In this document: positions 20,704-29,280 of the stretch, one piece after another
Layout of the letters: every line of letters begins with the position of its first letter
How positions within the stretch are numbered: the stretch's first letter is position 1
Assembly: GCA_963662405.2 (NCBI GenBank)
Contig: CAXXKT010000001.1
Coordinates: forward strand, 224,001 to 288,000
Direction of reading: 5' to 3'
Origin: Syntrophales bacterium
GTDB taxonomy: Bacteria; Desulfobacterota; Syntrophia; Syntrophales; UBA2210
Length of the DNA: 64,000 nucleotides
Translations under genes and position numbers: made by a program
Notes under the pieces: generated by a model
The model's input: the letters and a program-made list of their open reading frames with translations, nothing else
Database searches by the model: none
Told to the model about the DNA's origin: nothing

Positions 20704-20936
20704 GCATGAAAATGCATTTTTCAAGAAGCGATACTGGCGAAACTGTGGTGCAACTTATCGAAAATGGGGATGCGTTACCTTTCAATTACATTACACTTGT
20801 GAAGCATCTGATCGTTAATGCGAATCTGGAAGAGACAACATTTGATGAAGAGTTTTCCTCTGAAGAACAGGCTGCTGTGAATTCAATGGCTGAACGTCTT
20901 GTAGAGGCATGTAAAAAAGAACCGAAGGCCAGCTGA
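20700..20936 (+). CDS. Small acidic hypothetical protein coupled to the PHP-ATPase
   Basis: ATGA overlap with upstream stop. Confidence 0.6.
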   Translation: MSMKMHFSRSDTGETVVQLIENGDALPFNYITLVKHLIVNANLEETTFDEEFSSEEQAAVNSMAERLVEACKKEPKAS

Positions 20937-21148
20937 GTTGCAGGGTACCTGTTTATTACCAGAATTATACAATAACTCGATCCCGATTAGTTTTCTAGAC
21001 TTCAGGAAAAATTTAATAAACCATGGACTTAGGCTGTTCTATTATGATCTGCTCGGGCAATTCCTAGACGTACGCGATCTTTAACTTCTGGCCGACGTAG
21101 ATCCGATTCCGGAACCTTATCTTGTTAACTTGAATCAGAAATATTGAA

Positions 21149-21469
21149 ATGCCAACTTTTTTAGAAATGAAGATTGATAACGATATTGAAAATATTCTTA
21201 AAGATACCATTAGAGATATCTTTGAATGTAAGGACGAAGAAAAAAGACTGGCCATTGATGTATTCTTTGAGTTGGCAAAAGATTGTTCGATCCCATCAAA
21301 TGTTTTGGATAAAATTCTTTATTATTTTATAAATTTTCATGGACCTAATAAAGCTGGGAATAGAGTAGCAGCTAATATTTTTAAACAGAAGTTTGATGAG
21401 TCATATAACAGCTCGGATTTTAGCCAACTTCTAGCAATGATGAAGCATGATCAGGATAAAGGATCATAA
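21149..21469 (+). CDS. Hypothetical protein
   Basis: 106-aa ORF in AT-rich DNA; no motif recognised. Confidence 0.5.
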   Translation: MPTFLEMKIDNDIENILKDTIRDIFECKDEEKRLAIDVFFELAKDCSIPSNVLDKILYYFINFHGPNKAGNRVAANIFKQKFDESYNSSDFSQLLAMMKHDQDKGS

Positions 21470-21732
21470 AGAGGACAAATAAGATAGGGGCAGAGGCTTT
21501 TTGACTGAACATTGCTAATTACTAAAAAGAAATCTACAAATTGTGGTGATTACTTGTATTTGTAGTCAATAAATGTGGGAAATGGATTCACGGCTTGGCT
21601 TTCAATCCGTACTGTTCAGGCAGGATAAAGGAAAATGCCAGAGTGTCGGTTATTGACGCCACCTACTACTGCTCAGAATAATTCAATTAGAAAATCAACA
21701 ATTACTAATTGAACGTCTGATGGTAAAATCTC

Positions 21733-21876
21733 TTGACAATACATTATCATAGAGTTAGCTAGAAAATGATTTTGGTCTTGATTGTTTCTGCTTGTGAGCA
21801 GCTGTAGCCAAGGGGGATTATGGTATGATCATTAAAGCCCTGTTTCTCAACGCGAGAGATGGGGATTTTGTTTTTT
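21733..21876 (+). promoter_or_regulatory. Platform A leader copy 3
   Basis: TTGACA 21733, AGGGGGATT-ATG-GTA-TGA at 21820, terminator hairpin 21834-21876. Confidence 0.72.
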
Positions 21877-21931
21877 GTGGACAGGTTATGTTGATATCGA
21901 TGTTGCCGGATGAAGAATGGGTTTTTATCAG

Positions 21932-21954
21932 GATCCAGATAAACATTGTTGAAC
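21932..21954 (+). other. attI-like docking site GATCCAGATAAACATT/GTTGAAC
   Basis: Near-identical to 12407-12425 up to GTT; 16 bp upstream of cassette gene. Confidence 0.6.
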
Positions 21955-21970
21955 TCATAAGGAAAATTGA

Positions 21971-22999
21971 GTGGAAGATTTACATCAAGAGTTTTTGAAA
22001 ACACTCAATGAGGTGATTGAGAAAAATCCAGAAAAAGCAGATGAGATTGATATTGAGCAACTCATAGCAGATGTAACCCCAGAAGCCGTTCGCTTAATAA
22101 AAAGCTCTCTTCTAAAATCCGCGAAAAAGATGCTTAAGGAGAGGCGAAAGTTAGCTAAAGGCTTCGAAAAGCGGAACATAAAACGCTGGTCTAAAGCATT
22201 CGATTTATTAGAGTCTCACATTGTTATATGTACAGAGGCAGGAGAAGAATTCAACTCATCGTATAGACCAACTGCTGCTGAGGAAAACAATTTAGTATTT
22301 GATATTGTTGTCAGACATCATGCAAGAGCCTGTCATATTGCACAGGAAATTCTATGTCTCTTAAAGGCAGGTTTTGCTGATGCTGCTCATGCCAGATGGC
22401 GTGCTCTCCATGAAGTAACCGCGACAGGAATGTTCATAGCTAGACATGGTCATGATTGTGCAGAGAGATTCTATTTTCATGACATTGTTGATTCTTACGA
22501 CGGAATGCTTGAGCACAAAAAGTACGAAGATCGGCTCCAGGAAAAGGCACCCTCCCAAGAAGAGCTCGATAGCTGCAAAGTAGAATATGACGAACTGATT
22601 GCACGATACGGTAAGAAATTTGCAGATCATTATGGTTGGGCTTCATACTTGTTCCCAAAACATAGGCGAGTAGGTTTTACAGCAATAGAAAAGAATGTTG
22701 GCTTGGATCATATGCGCCCCTACTATAGGTGGGCTAGCCAGAATATACATTCGGGCTCTAAAGGAATGAGAAACCGTCTCGGACTGTGTGAGGCAAAAGA
22801 CGATATTCTACTGGTTGGGCAAAGTAATTCAGGAATGACAGATCCTGCTCATGCAACAGCTATTAGTTTAAACCAAATTACTTGTGCTCTTTTGATGCTT
22901 GAGCCTACGTTAGATCATATTGTGATCATGAAAATAGCTGATGAATTTCAAAATGATGTGGGGGAAGCATTCCTAGAGATAGAGCGAAATGATTCATAA
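21971..22999 (+). CDS. DUF5677-like protein (possible HEPN-type fold)
   Basis: ARWRALHE and YRWASQNIH patterns; family recognised from memory only. Confidence 0.6.
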   Translation: MEDLHQEFLKTLNEVIEKNPEKADEIDIEQLIADVTPEAVRLIKSSLLKSAKKMLKERRKLAKGFEKRNIKRWSKAFDLLESHIVICTEAGEEFNSSYRPTAAEENNLVFDIVVRHHARACHIAQEILCLLKAGFADAAHARWRALHEVTATGMFIARHGHDCAERFYFHDIVDSYDGMLEHKKYEDRLQEKAPSQEELDSCKVEYDELIARYGKKFADHYGWASYLFPKHRRVGFTAIEKNVGLDHMRPYYRWASQNIHSGSKGMRNRLGLCEAKDDILLVGQSNSGMTDPAHATAISLNQITCALLMLEPTLDHIVIMKIADEFQNDVGEAFLEIERNDS

Positions 23000-23061
23000 C
23001 AAATCAATTAAGCGGAAAATCAGGCCTGCGGCCTATTTTCCGCTTATCTCAGTCGTTAATA
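22994..23061 (+). other. attC site 4
   Basis: TCATAAC (contains stop)...GTTAATA; strong stem TAAGCGGAAAAT/ATTTTCCGCTTA; 68 bp. Confidence 0.8.
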
Positions 23062-23170
23062 ATTTTTGAAAGAAATCCTTGCAATTGTTTCAATATTTAT
23101 TTTATCGGTTACAGGAAGAATCGCGCAGCAAAAGTATTTCTCGGACACTCCTGCGGCGATTTTCCCACTC

Positions 23171-23239
23171 TTCACCTACTAACAAATGATTTCGATCAAA
23201 GGGGAATACTGAGGATTACCGTTGGAAGTGTAGTAGAAT
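23171..23239. repeat. Platform B, downstream half (copy 2)
   Basis: Aligns with 9029-9096. Confidence 0.85.
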
Positions 23240-23292
23240 ACCAGTTTCACTGGCACCAACTGTTTGGCGTCCAGTGCAAAAAGATGTTAGCA
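23233..23292 (-). other. attC site 5 (DUF3800 cassette; R' core mutated GTT>ATT)
   Basis: Minus strand TGCTAAC...CACTGGACGCCAA-ACAG-TTGGTGCCAGTG...ATTCTAC; 60 bp. Confidence 0.7.
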
Positions 23293-23302
23293 TTTCATCC
23301 TA

Positions 23303-24525
23303 GTACCATGTAACATAATATGTTTCGTATTTATAAAAGGTATGATAGACTGGCGGCAAACCAACAGAGGAGGTTGCCATGTCGCCAAGATATCGAGTAA
23401 CCCTTACCAAAGAAGAACGCAAAGAGCTTGAGGCAATGACCCATAGAGGAAAGACCCATGCCCGAAAATTCATCCATGCCCGCGCATTACTTTTGTGCGA
23501 TGCCGGCTCTGACGGTCCGGCATGGAACGTGTCCGATGTTGCAGAGGCGCTTGGGGTGTCGAGCCGTTCGATCGAACATCTCAAAAAGCGCTTTGTTGAA
23601 GAGGGGCTTGAAGCAGCTCTCGAACGCAAGGCACGGGAAAAGCCTCCGAGAGACATCATTTTTGACGGTGCATTTGAGGCACGATTAGTCGCATTGGCCT
23701 GTTCAGACACTCCCGAAGGACATCGTCGCTGGACGGTCAGATTGCTTGCCGACAAAGCTGTCGAGCTTGGCATTGCCGATTCCGTATCACACATGACCGT
23801 ACAGCGGATTTTAAAAAAAACGAACTTAAGCCTCACATCAGCAAATACTGGAAAATCCCTCCCGAAGGGAGCGCGGCCTTTGTAGCATGCATGGAAGATG
23901 TTTTGGAGATATATCATCTGCCCTATGATCCCGACTATCCGGTTGTCTGCATGGATGAATCCTGCAAGCAACTGATAGGTGAAGTTCGAGAGCCGATGCC
24001 ATGCGCACCGGGAAGGCCGATGCGAACAGACGACGAGTATGTCAGAAACGGGGTAGTGGAAATATTTATGGAAGTTGAGCCCCTTGCTGGCAGAAGACAT
24101 GTGGCGATCACGGAACATCGAACAAGAAAGGATTGGGCGATGCAGACCAGGCAGATGCTTGATGAACGCTATCCCAGCGCCCTCAAGGTTCGTCTGGTCA
24201 TGGACAACCTGAACACCCATACAATCGCCTCACTCTACGAAACATTCAAACCCGGGGAAGCCAGGCGTTTAGCGGAACGACTCGATATCCATTATACGCC
24301 TAAACACGGAAGCTGGCTGAATATGGCAGAGATCGAGCTCAGCGCCCTGAAAGGACAATGCCTTAATCGCCGGATTCCCGACATAACGACCATGCGAACC
24401 GAAGTGGCCGCATGGGAAAAAGATCGAAACAACAGCGCGAAAAACATTGTATGGCAATTTACTACTCCTGATGCTCGCATTAAGTTGAAGCGCCTTTATC
24501 CGAAGCTATAAACGTTACATGGTAC
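23303..24525 (+). mobile_element. IS630-family insertion sequence
   Basis: 12-bp terminal IRs GTACCATGTAAC, TA duplication in a CTAG target. Confidence 0.92.
23379..24511 (+). CDS. IS630 transposase, two ORFs joined by -1 frameshift
   Basis: HTH orfA 23379-23885; DDE orfB (MDE, MDNLNTH, WLNMAEIE); A8 slippery run 23813-23820. Confidence 0.88.
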
Positions 24526-24538
24526 TAGTATCTTTAAC

Positions 24539-25657
24539 TCATTGTTTTTCTAGAAAATCACCAATTTTTTCAAAATGTATTTTTTCCATTTTTTCGATTG
24601 TTTTTTTCCCTTCGTCAATTTGTTCATCACTTACGTCACACTTTGAGAGTTTATATAACCACCCTCTGGCAATAATTTCAGAGGAAAGCCTTGAGATATA
24701 GAACGATTCTGTAACATCGAGTAATTTATTTTTTAAACTAGCGTTTGCTATTTTATCGTTTCTTTGTGAAAGCCATAAAAAAATATCAACGGCCTGAAGA
24801 CTCACGATCTGCTTTGACATTGCCAGTGAAAATTGTCCAAGATCGTAATCAACTTGATCAACCTGTAAGCCCAATCCACTTGAATTGTGTTCAAGCCTGA
24901 ATTTCTGAAATATTTTATGGTATTCCCTCATTGTAGAACCAAATTCTGACTGAGAATGATGAACAAAGGCTTTTGGTTTTGTATTGTTTTCTTTACAGAA
25001 TTTGTGAACAGCCTGAATTAAACTTGAAAAAGCAACCATGTTGGGAGTATGCTCCTTGTATGACTTTTTTGTTTGGCTTGCCAATAGTGTAATTTCATCA
25101 GGGTATTTAAGTGCAAAATTAAGACCTTCAGTAGCAACTTGGTGGAGTCTTTTATCAACACTTATAAGATCAAGCCGTTGCAATACGATGTTTATCACTG
25201 ATCTAATTCCAGTAAAATCATCTTTGAGATAATAATCCCAGAAATTCTTTTTGTCTTCTTCAAAAAGAAGGTCATCAAAAAGAATACATAACGTATGTCT
25301 AAAAAACTCGTGATTATACCATAACCACCGTGCACCTTTATTTTCGTAAGAGTCGAAAAGACTATCAACAAATTTCGTCACTGATAAATAAGGCTTTTCA
25401 ATGACCGTTAAGTGAAAAACCCATTTTATATTTTCGAGGAGATCTAAAAATGAAGTTGCTATTCTTTCTACAAGATGAGGTTTAATTTCGTTCGCATGAA
25501 GTCTATCTACACCCAATTCAAATTTATACTTTTCAGCAACTTCATTTAGCAAAGGTTCAGTATCAATTTCCGAGATTATTGCTCCTTGAAAGTAAAAAAG
25601 TGGCTCATTAAAAATGTGGCGTCCTGAATGCCCAGACTCATCGGCGTAAATATACAT
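24539..25657 (-). CDS. DUF3800-like protein (RNase H-like fold)
   Basis: N-terminal YADESG and C-terminal LQAVD motifs. Confidence 0.7.
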   Translation of the reverse strand: MYIYADESGHSGRHIFNEPLFYFQGAIISEIDTEPLLNEVAEKYKFELGVDRLHANEIKPHLVERIATSFLDLLENIKWVFHLTVIEKPYLSVTKFVDSLFDSYENKGARWLWYNHEFFRHTLCILFDDLLFEEDKKNFWDYYLKDDFTGIRSVINIVLQRLDLISVDKRLHQVATEGLNFALKYPDEITLLASQTKKSYKEHTPNMVAFSSLIQAVHKFCKENNTKPKAFVHHSQSEFGSTMREYHKIFQKFRLEHNSSGLGLQVDQVDYDLGQFSLAMSKQIVSLQAVDIFLWLSQRNDKIANASLKNKLLDVTESFYISRLSSEIIARGWLYKLSKCDVSDEQIDEGKKTIEKMEKIHFEKIGDFLEKQ

Positions 25658-25680
25658 TTTTATATTCGTTTCTTATCGGA

Positions 25681-25825
25681 TGTTAACAATTAATATACTT
25701 GGTGGGTATTTTCCAAACTTTTGTACAACCCTACTTCAATTCATGAAAAATGAAAAGCGGAAGTTTCGTCGTGAAATCAAGTACAATTGGATTTTGACCA
25801 ATGGGTATTTTGTGGTAATGAAAAA
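25681..25825 (-). repeat. Platform B, upstream half (copy 2) ending in attI-like core GTTAACA
   Basis: Aligns with 11668-11810; core complements attC5 TGCTAAC with one mismatch. Confidence 0.8.
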
Positions 25826-26606
25826 TGGCAGCAGTTCAACAAATACTGTTTGAAGTAGCGCATTGCCCTGAAAATTACTGAACACTCACTTACAGGAAGG
25901 AGCAGATAATCTACATGAGCCTAAAATGTACAGCCCGAGTTGTCCTACCTTTCAACCCACATTTAATAAGGTTGACCGACAAATTGTGGTGATGACTTGT
26001 ATTTGAAGTCTCGCACATCTTTGATGAAAGCAGTTTCATAGATTTCAGAAGGAAGGTGTCTGGATTTTACGAAATCCAAATAATAAACTTTCCAGGCTTA
26101 GAGTGCTTCGGGCCGTTGCATTTGGCCTCTGCGCGGTGGTTGTGAAACATTTGAGAAATAGATGGACTTGAAAGGAGTGGCCACATGAAAAAGGGTGGCC
26201 CTCTCACAGAATCGAAAAGACCACCCATCAGGAGGGACAGCACAAGGTCAATCCAAGTACTACTCCCGGTGGTAAGAAGCGGTAATAAGAGGTGGCTCGA
26301 TCGCCTGCAAAGGGAGAGTTAAGCCTGCCCGTAATCATCCGGTCCACCTTTTCATCAATCCGCTGTTGTTGCGCCTCTCCTCTCAATAATGATTCTTTGA
26401 TCCAGACGACATTTGCCGTCACGTCTTTCTTGACGCCGTCGATCCGGACTTCGTGCTGGGCGGAAAGGCCGTACACCATGTATTCCTCAGGCCGCATGCA
26501 GGAGAGAGATCTCCCGCGTTATTCAATCGCCCGATCGCGTAATGCCCGGAGTTTTTGCTCCCCACCCCGTCCACTGTCCGGGCCTATAGCCCTTTGAGAA
26601 GGTTTC

Positions 26607-27035
26607 TTATGTAAGGCGGCGAGGGGGTGGCGACGGCGGAGGTCCTTTCGGAAACGGCGACCAGTTGCCCCTGAGGGCGATCCTGTGGGCATTCTCTATC
26701 GTCGGGGCACAGCCTCTGCAGAGATAGCGCAATACTCCCCCGTTACGCCCATGGTACGGACCCGTTACGAACGACCACCCCCATGTTCGCCGAAACTCCT
26801 GTTTGCACACAACGCACTGACGCCAGAACAACAGGGGGAACCTCACGGAGATGCCGTGCTCATATCGTTCCTTGGGTTCACGCTTCACCTTTTTCCCCTC
26901 CTTTTGTCCTCTTTTTCGTTGCCAGCTCGGGACGCGTGTTCTTTCTGTTGCCTCAGATAGTGTGTCGGCATCCTGAGTGAGGGCCGCCGCGATCACTTCA
27001 GGGTGGACTTGTGCGTGCAACAAGGAAGAGCTCAT
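26607..27035 (-). CDS. Hypothetical phage protein with CxxC pairs
   Basis: CVVC...CRGC; ATGA overlap with upstream gene; 5' part duplicated from terL end. Confidence 0.55.
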   Translation of the reverse strand: MSSSLLHAQVHPEVIAAALTQDADTLSEATERTRVPSWQRKRGQKEGKKVKREPKERYEHGISVRFPLLFWRQCVVCKQEFRRTWGWSFVTGPYHGRNGGVLRYLCRGCAPTIENAHRIALRGNWSPFPKGPPPSPPPRRLT

Positions 27036-27355
27036 TTCTCTTCGCTCGCGTTTGTCATTTCTTTAGCCGGTTTCTTTTCCTGACTCTTCTTCCTGTTGCT
27101 GACTTTGCGCTCCGGCCGTATCATGAGCCGGTCGGTTATCATCTCGGCCGCCCCTTTTGGGACAATACCTTTCAGAACATAGGAGATATACCACTGATCA
27201 ACGACGTCTGAATCAGACATAATCGTCCCGCCGGGCTTCCCCGTGGATGATACCGCCGGAAACTCATACTCCTTGATCCATGTCCTGATTTGTGCTTCTT
27301 TTACCTCCCCTTTGAAATGCTCAATGATCGCCTTCATGCCTATCAACTTCGCCAT
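27032..27355 (-). CDS. Hypothetical HTH-like phage protein
   Basis: GGAGG RBS, starts 2 bp after terL stop; IRTWIKEYEFPA resembles AlpA-type HTH. Confidence 0.55.
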   Translation of the reverse strand: MAKLIGMKAIIEHFKGEVKEAQIRTWIKEYEFPAVSSTGKPGGTIMSDSDVVDQWYISYVLKGIVPKGAAEMITDRLMIRPERKVSNRKKSQEKKPAKEMTNASEEK

Positions 27356-27357
27356 CT

Positions 27358-29280
27358 CTACCACCTCCATGAGTCGGGTTTCTTCCCCTGGGGTTTTTCC
27401 CCCCTGGTTTCTTTGATTTCTTTCCTTTGAGCCATCTGTTCTTTCTGTTGCCTCAGATAGGTGGCCAGCATCCTGAGCGAGGGCAGCCACTCGCTGTCGG
27501 CGCAGGCCGCCGCGATCACTTCACAGTCGAGCAGGTGGTTGTCCCGCCGGATCTGCTTCCAGTAGGTCTTGCCTCTCCGGTCCCTCCGGAACTCCTCGGC
27601 CAGGATCTGACGGGCGTAGTCGAGGCCGGTGTCCGCGTTGAGGAGGAACCGCTGTGTCTCATTCTCCTGCCGTTCCATGCGCCAGTGGAGCAGGGCCTTG
27701 TACTGGTCGGTGTCGAGGAGCCGCAGCTCCAGGCCGCCGGGAATCGCCTTGTTCGATCGGGGCAGCTTGTCGATCTGCGATACCCTGATCCGGCCTATCT
27801 GTTTGTGGGTTGCGCCCTTGGTCCCGAAGACCCTGCCCGGTTGCTGTGAGCGGATCCACTGGTAGATCTCCTCGGTACGGGTCCAGATGTTCTCTTCCGT
27901 GACGCCGCCCCCCGTATCGATGCCGGCACGCCAGATGCCCATCATCTCCGTCGGGTTTCCCTCAATGGGATACTGGGTGTTGAAGACGAGGTTCTCCACG
28001 TCGGCGAATGCCGTCAGGTAGCCGTACTGGACCAGCCAGGAGGTCAGGTCGTCGGCCCAGGCGCGCACGACGAACCAGAACCCGCTCTTCTGCACGTCGA
28101 TCCCCGCGGTGAGGGCGACCGCGTCTTTAGGGACAATGCCGGCGGCGAGCTCGGTCTTTTTATCGAGGAGGGCGCTTTCCTTCTTCGGGACCACCGTCTC
28201 CCGCCAGACCTCGGCCTTGTGCTGGGTGATGTAGACCATCATCTTCGACGGGTCCTCCATCCCACGCATATAGGCGGCGACGCAAGAGGACAGGGAGACA
28301 AAGGGACTGTACCAGGACGGGAGATGGAACCCGATAACCGGGGCGCGTTCCACCGGGCTGTCCGGGATCCAGCCGTAAAACGAATCGGGGTTCCCGAGCC
28401 CGTTCAGGACGGCCTTGTTGCGCAGATGATCATCCCACAGCATCCCGCATGATTCGCACTGGTAGTGCGCCAGGCGCCCGCGGACGATCTCCCGGGGATC
28501 GTTGCAGGTCTTCGGCCAGTTGATCTGTCCGAAGTGCATCACCTGGGGGGCCCTGCAGACGGGGCAGACCGCGTAGTAACGCATCAGTTCGTCTGCCTCC
28601 CTTTCGATCATGGGGCCGATGTAGCCGCTCTCGTCCGTCGGGGTCGACAGGTCGATGGTTTTTTTGGTGAAGGGGTAGGCGTTCTGCCGCTGGTCGGTGA
28701 GTGCGATGGGATCGGCTTCCTTGCCGGTGAAGTCGGGATACTTGTCCACCTCGTCCCGGATCATGTAGCGGACCGATTCGGACGACATCTCGGCGGCGCT
28801 GGTCGCCCAGGCCATCATGAAGTCCATGCCGTTCGTGAAATTGACATGCAGGGTCGTCGTGTCGGAAACGCCGGGCCCCAGGAGTTCGGCTATCCGGGAC
28901 GTGGATCTGAACATGGGGAGAATCCGCCGGCGGGCGATCCGCTTGGTCACCTTCTCGTCGGGCATGATGTACATGCAGGGGCCGGGATCCTGCTCGATCC
29001 ACCGGCAGAGGGCGTTGAAGGCGACCTGTGTCTTGCCCGTCTGGGGCGCGAACATGAGGATGATCCGCCTGACATGGGGCTGACTGATCGCGTTCATGGG
29101 CCCGACCAGGTAGGGCGTGGTCGTGTTCTGCCAGAGTCCGGTCATAGGACCGTTCGTGACGATGCGGTACCGCTCGGCCCACTCGGACACGGTCAGGCGT
29201 TCCCGGAGACGAAAGACGCGCCTCTCTCCCGGGGTGAAGGTGAGTGAGTCTTGGCTTTTTAGATCAGGAGCCGTGTTCAT
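27358..29280 (-). CDS. Phage terminase large subunit, GpA family
   Basis: SEWAERYR, APQTGKT, RDEVDKYP, STPT, CPVC/CESC, AGIDVQ, IDTGG, NHLLDCEV. Confidence 0.92.
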   Translation of the reverse strand: MNTAPDLKSQDSLTFTPGERRVFRLRERLTVSEWAERYRIVTNGPMTGLWQNTTTPYLVGPMNAISQPHVRRIILMFAPQTGKTQVAFNALCRWIEQDPGPCMYIMPDEKVTKRIARRRILPMFRSTSRIAELLGPGVSDTTTLHVNFTNGMDFMMAWATSAAEMSSESVRYMIRDEVDKYPDFTGKEADPIALTDQRQNAYPFTKKTIDLSTPTDESGYIGPMIEREADELMRYYAVCPVCRAPQVMHFGQINWPKTCNDPREIVRGRLAHYQCESCGMLWDDHLRNKAVLNGLGNPDSFYGWIPDSPVERAPVIGFHLPSWYSPFVSLSSCVAAYMRGMEDPSKMMVYITQHKAEVWRETVVPKKESALLDKKTELAAGIVPKDAVALTAGIDVQKSGFWFVVRAWADDLTSWLVQYGYLTAFADVENLVFNTQYPIEGNPTEMMGIWRAGIDTGGGVTEENIWTRTEEIYQWIRSQQPGRVFGTKGATHKQIGRIRVSQIDKLPRSNKAIPGGLELRLLDTDQYKALLHWRMERQENETQRFLLNADTGLDYARQILAEEFRRDRRGKTYWKQIRRDNHLLDCEVIAAACADSEWLPSLRMLATYLRQQKEQMAQRKEIKETRGEKPQGKKPDSWRW

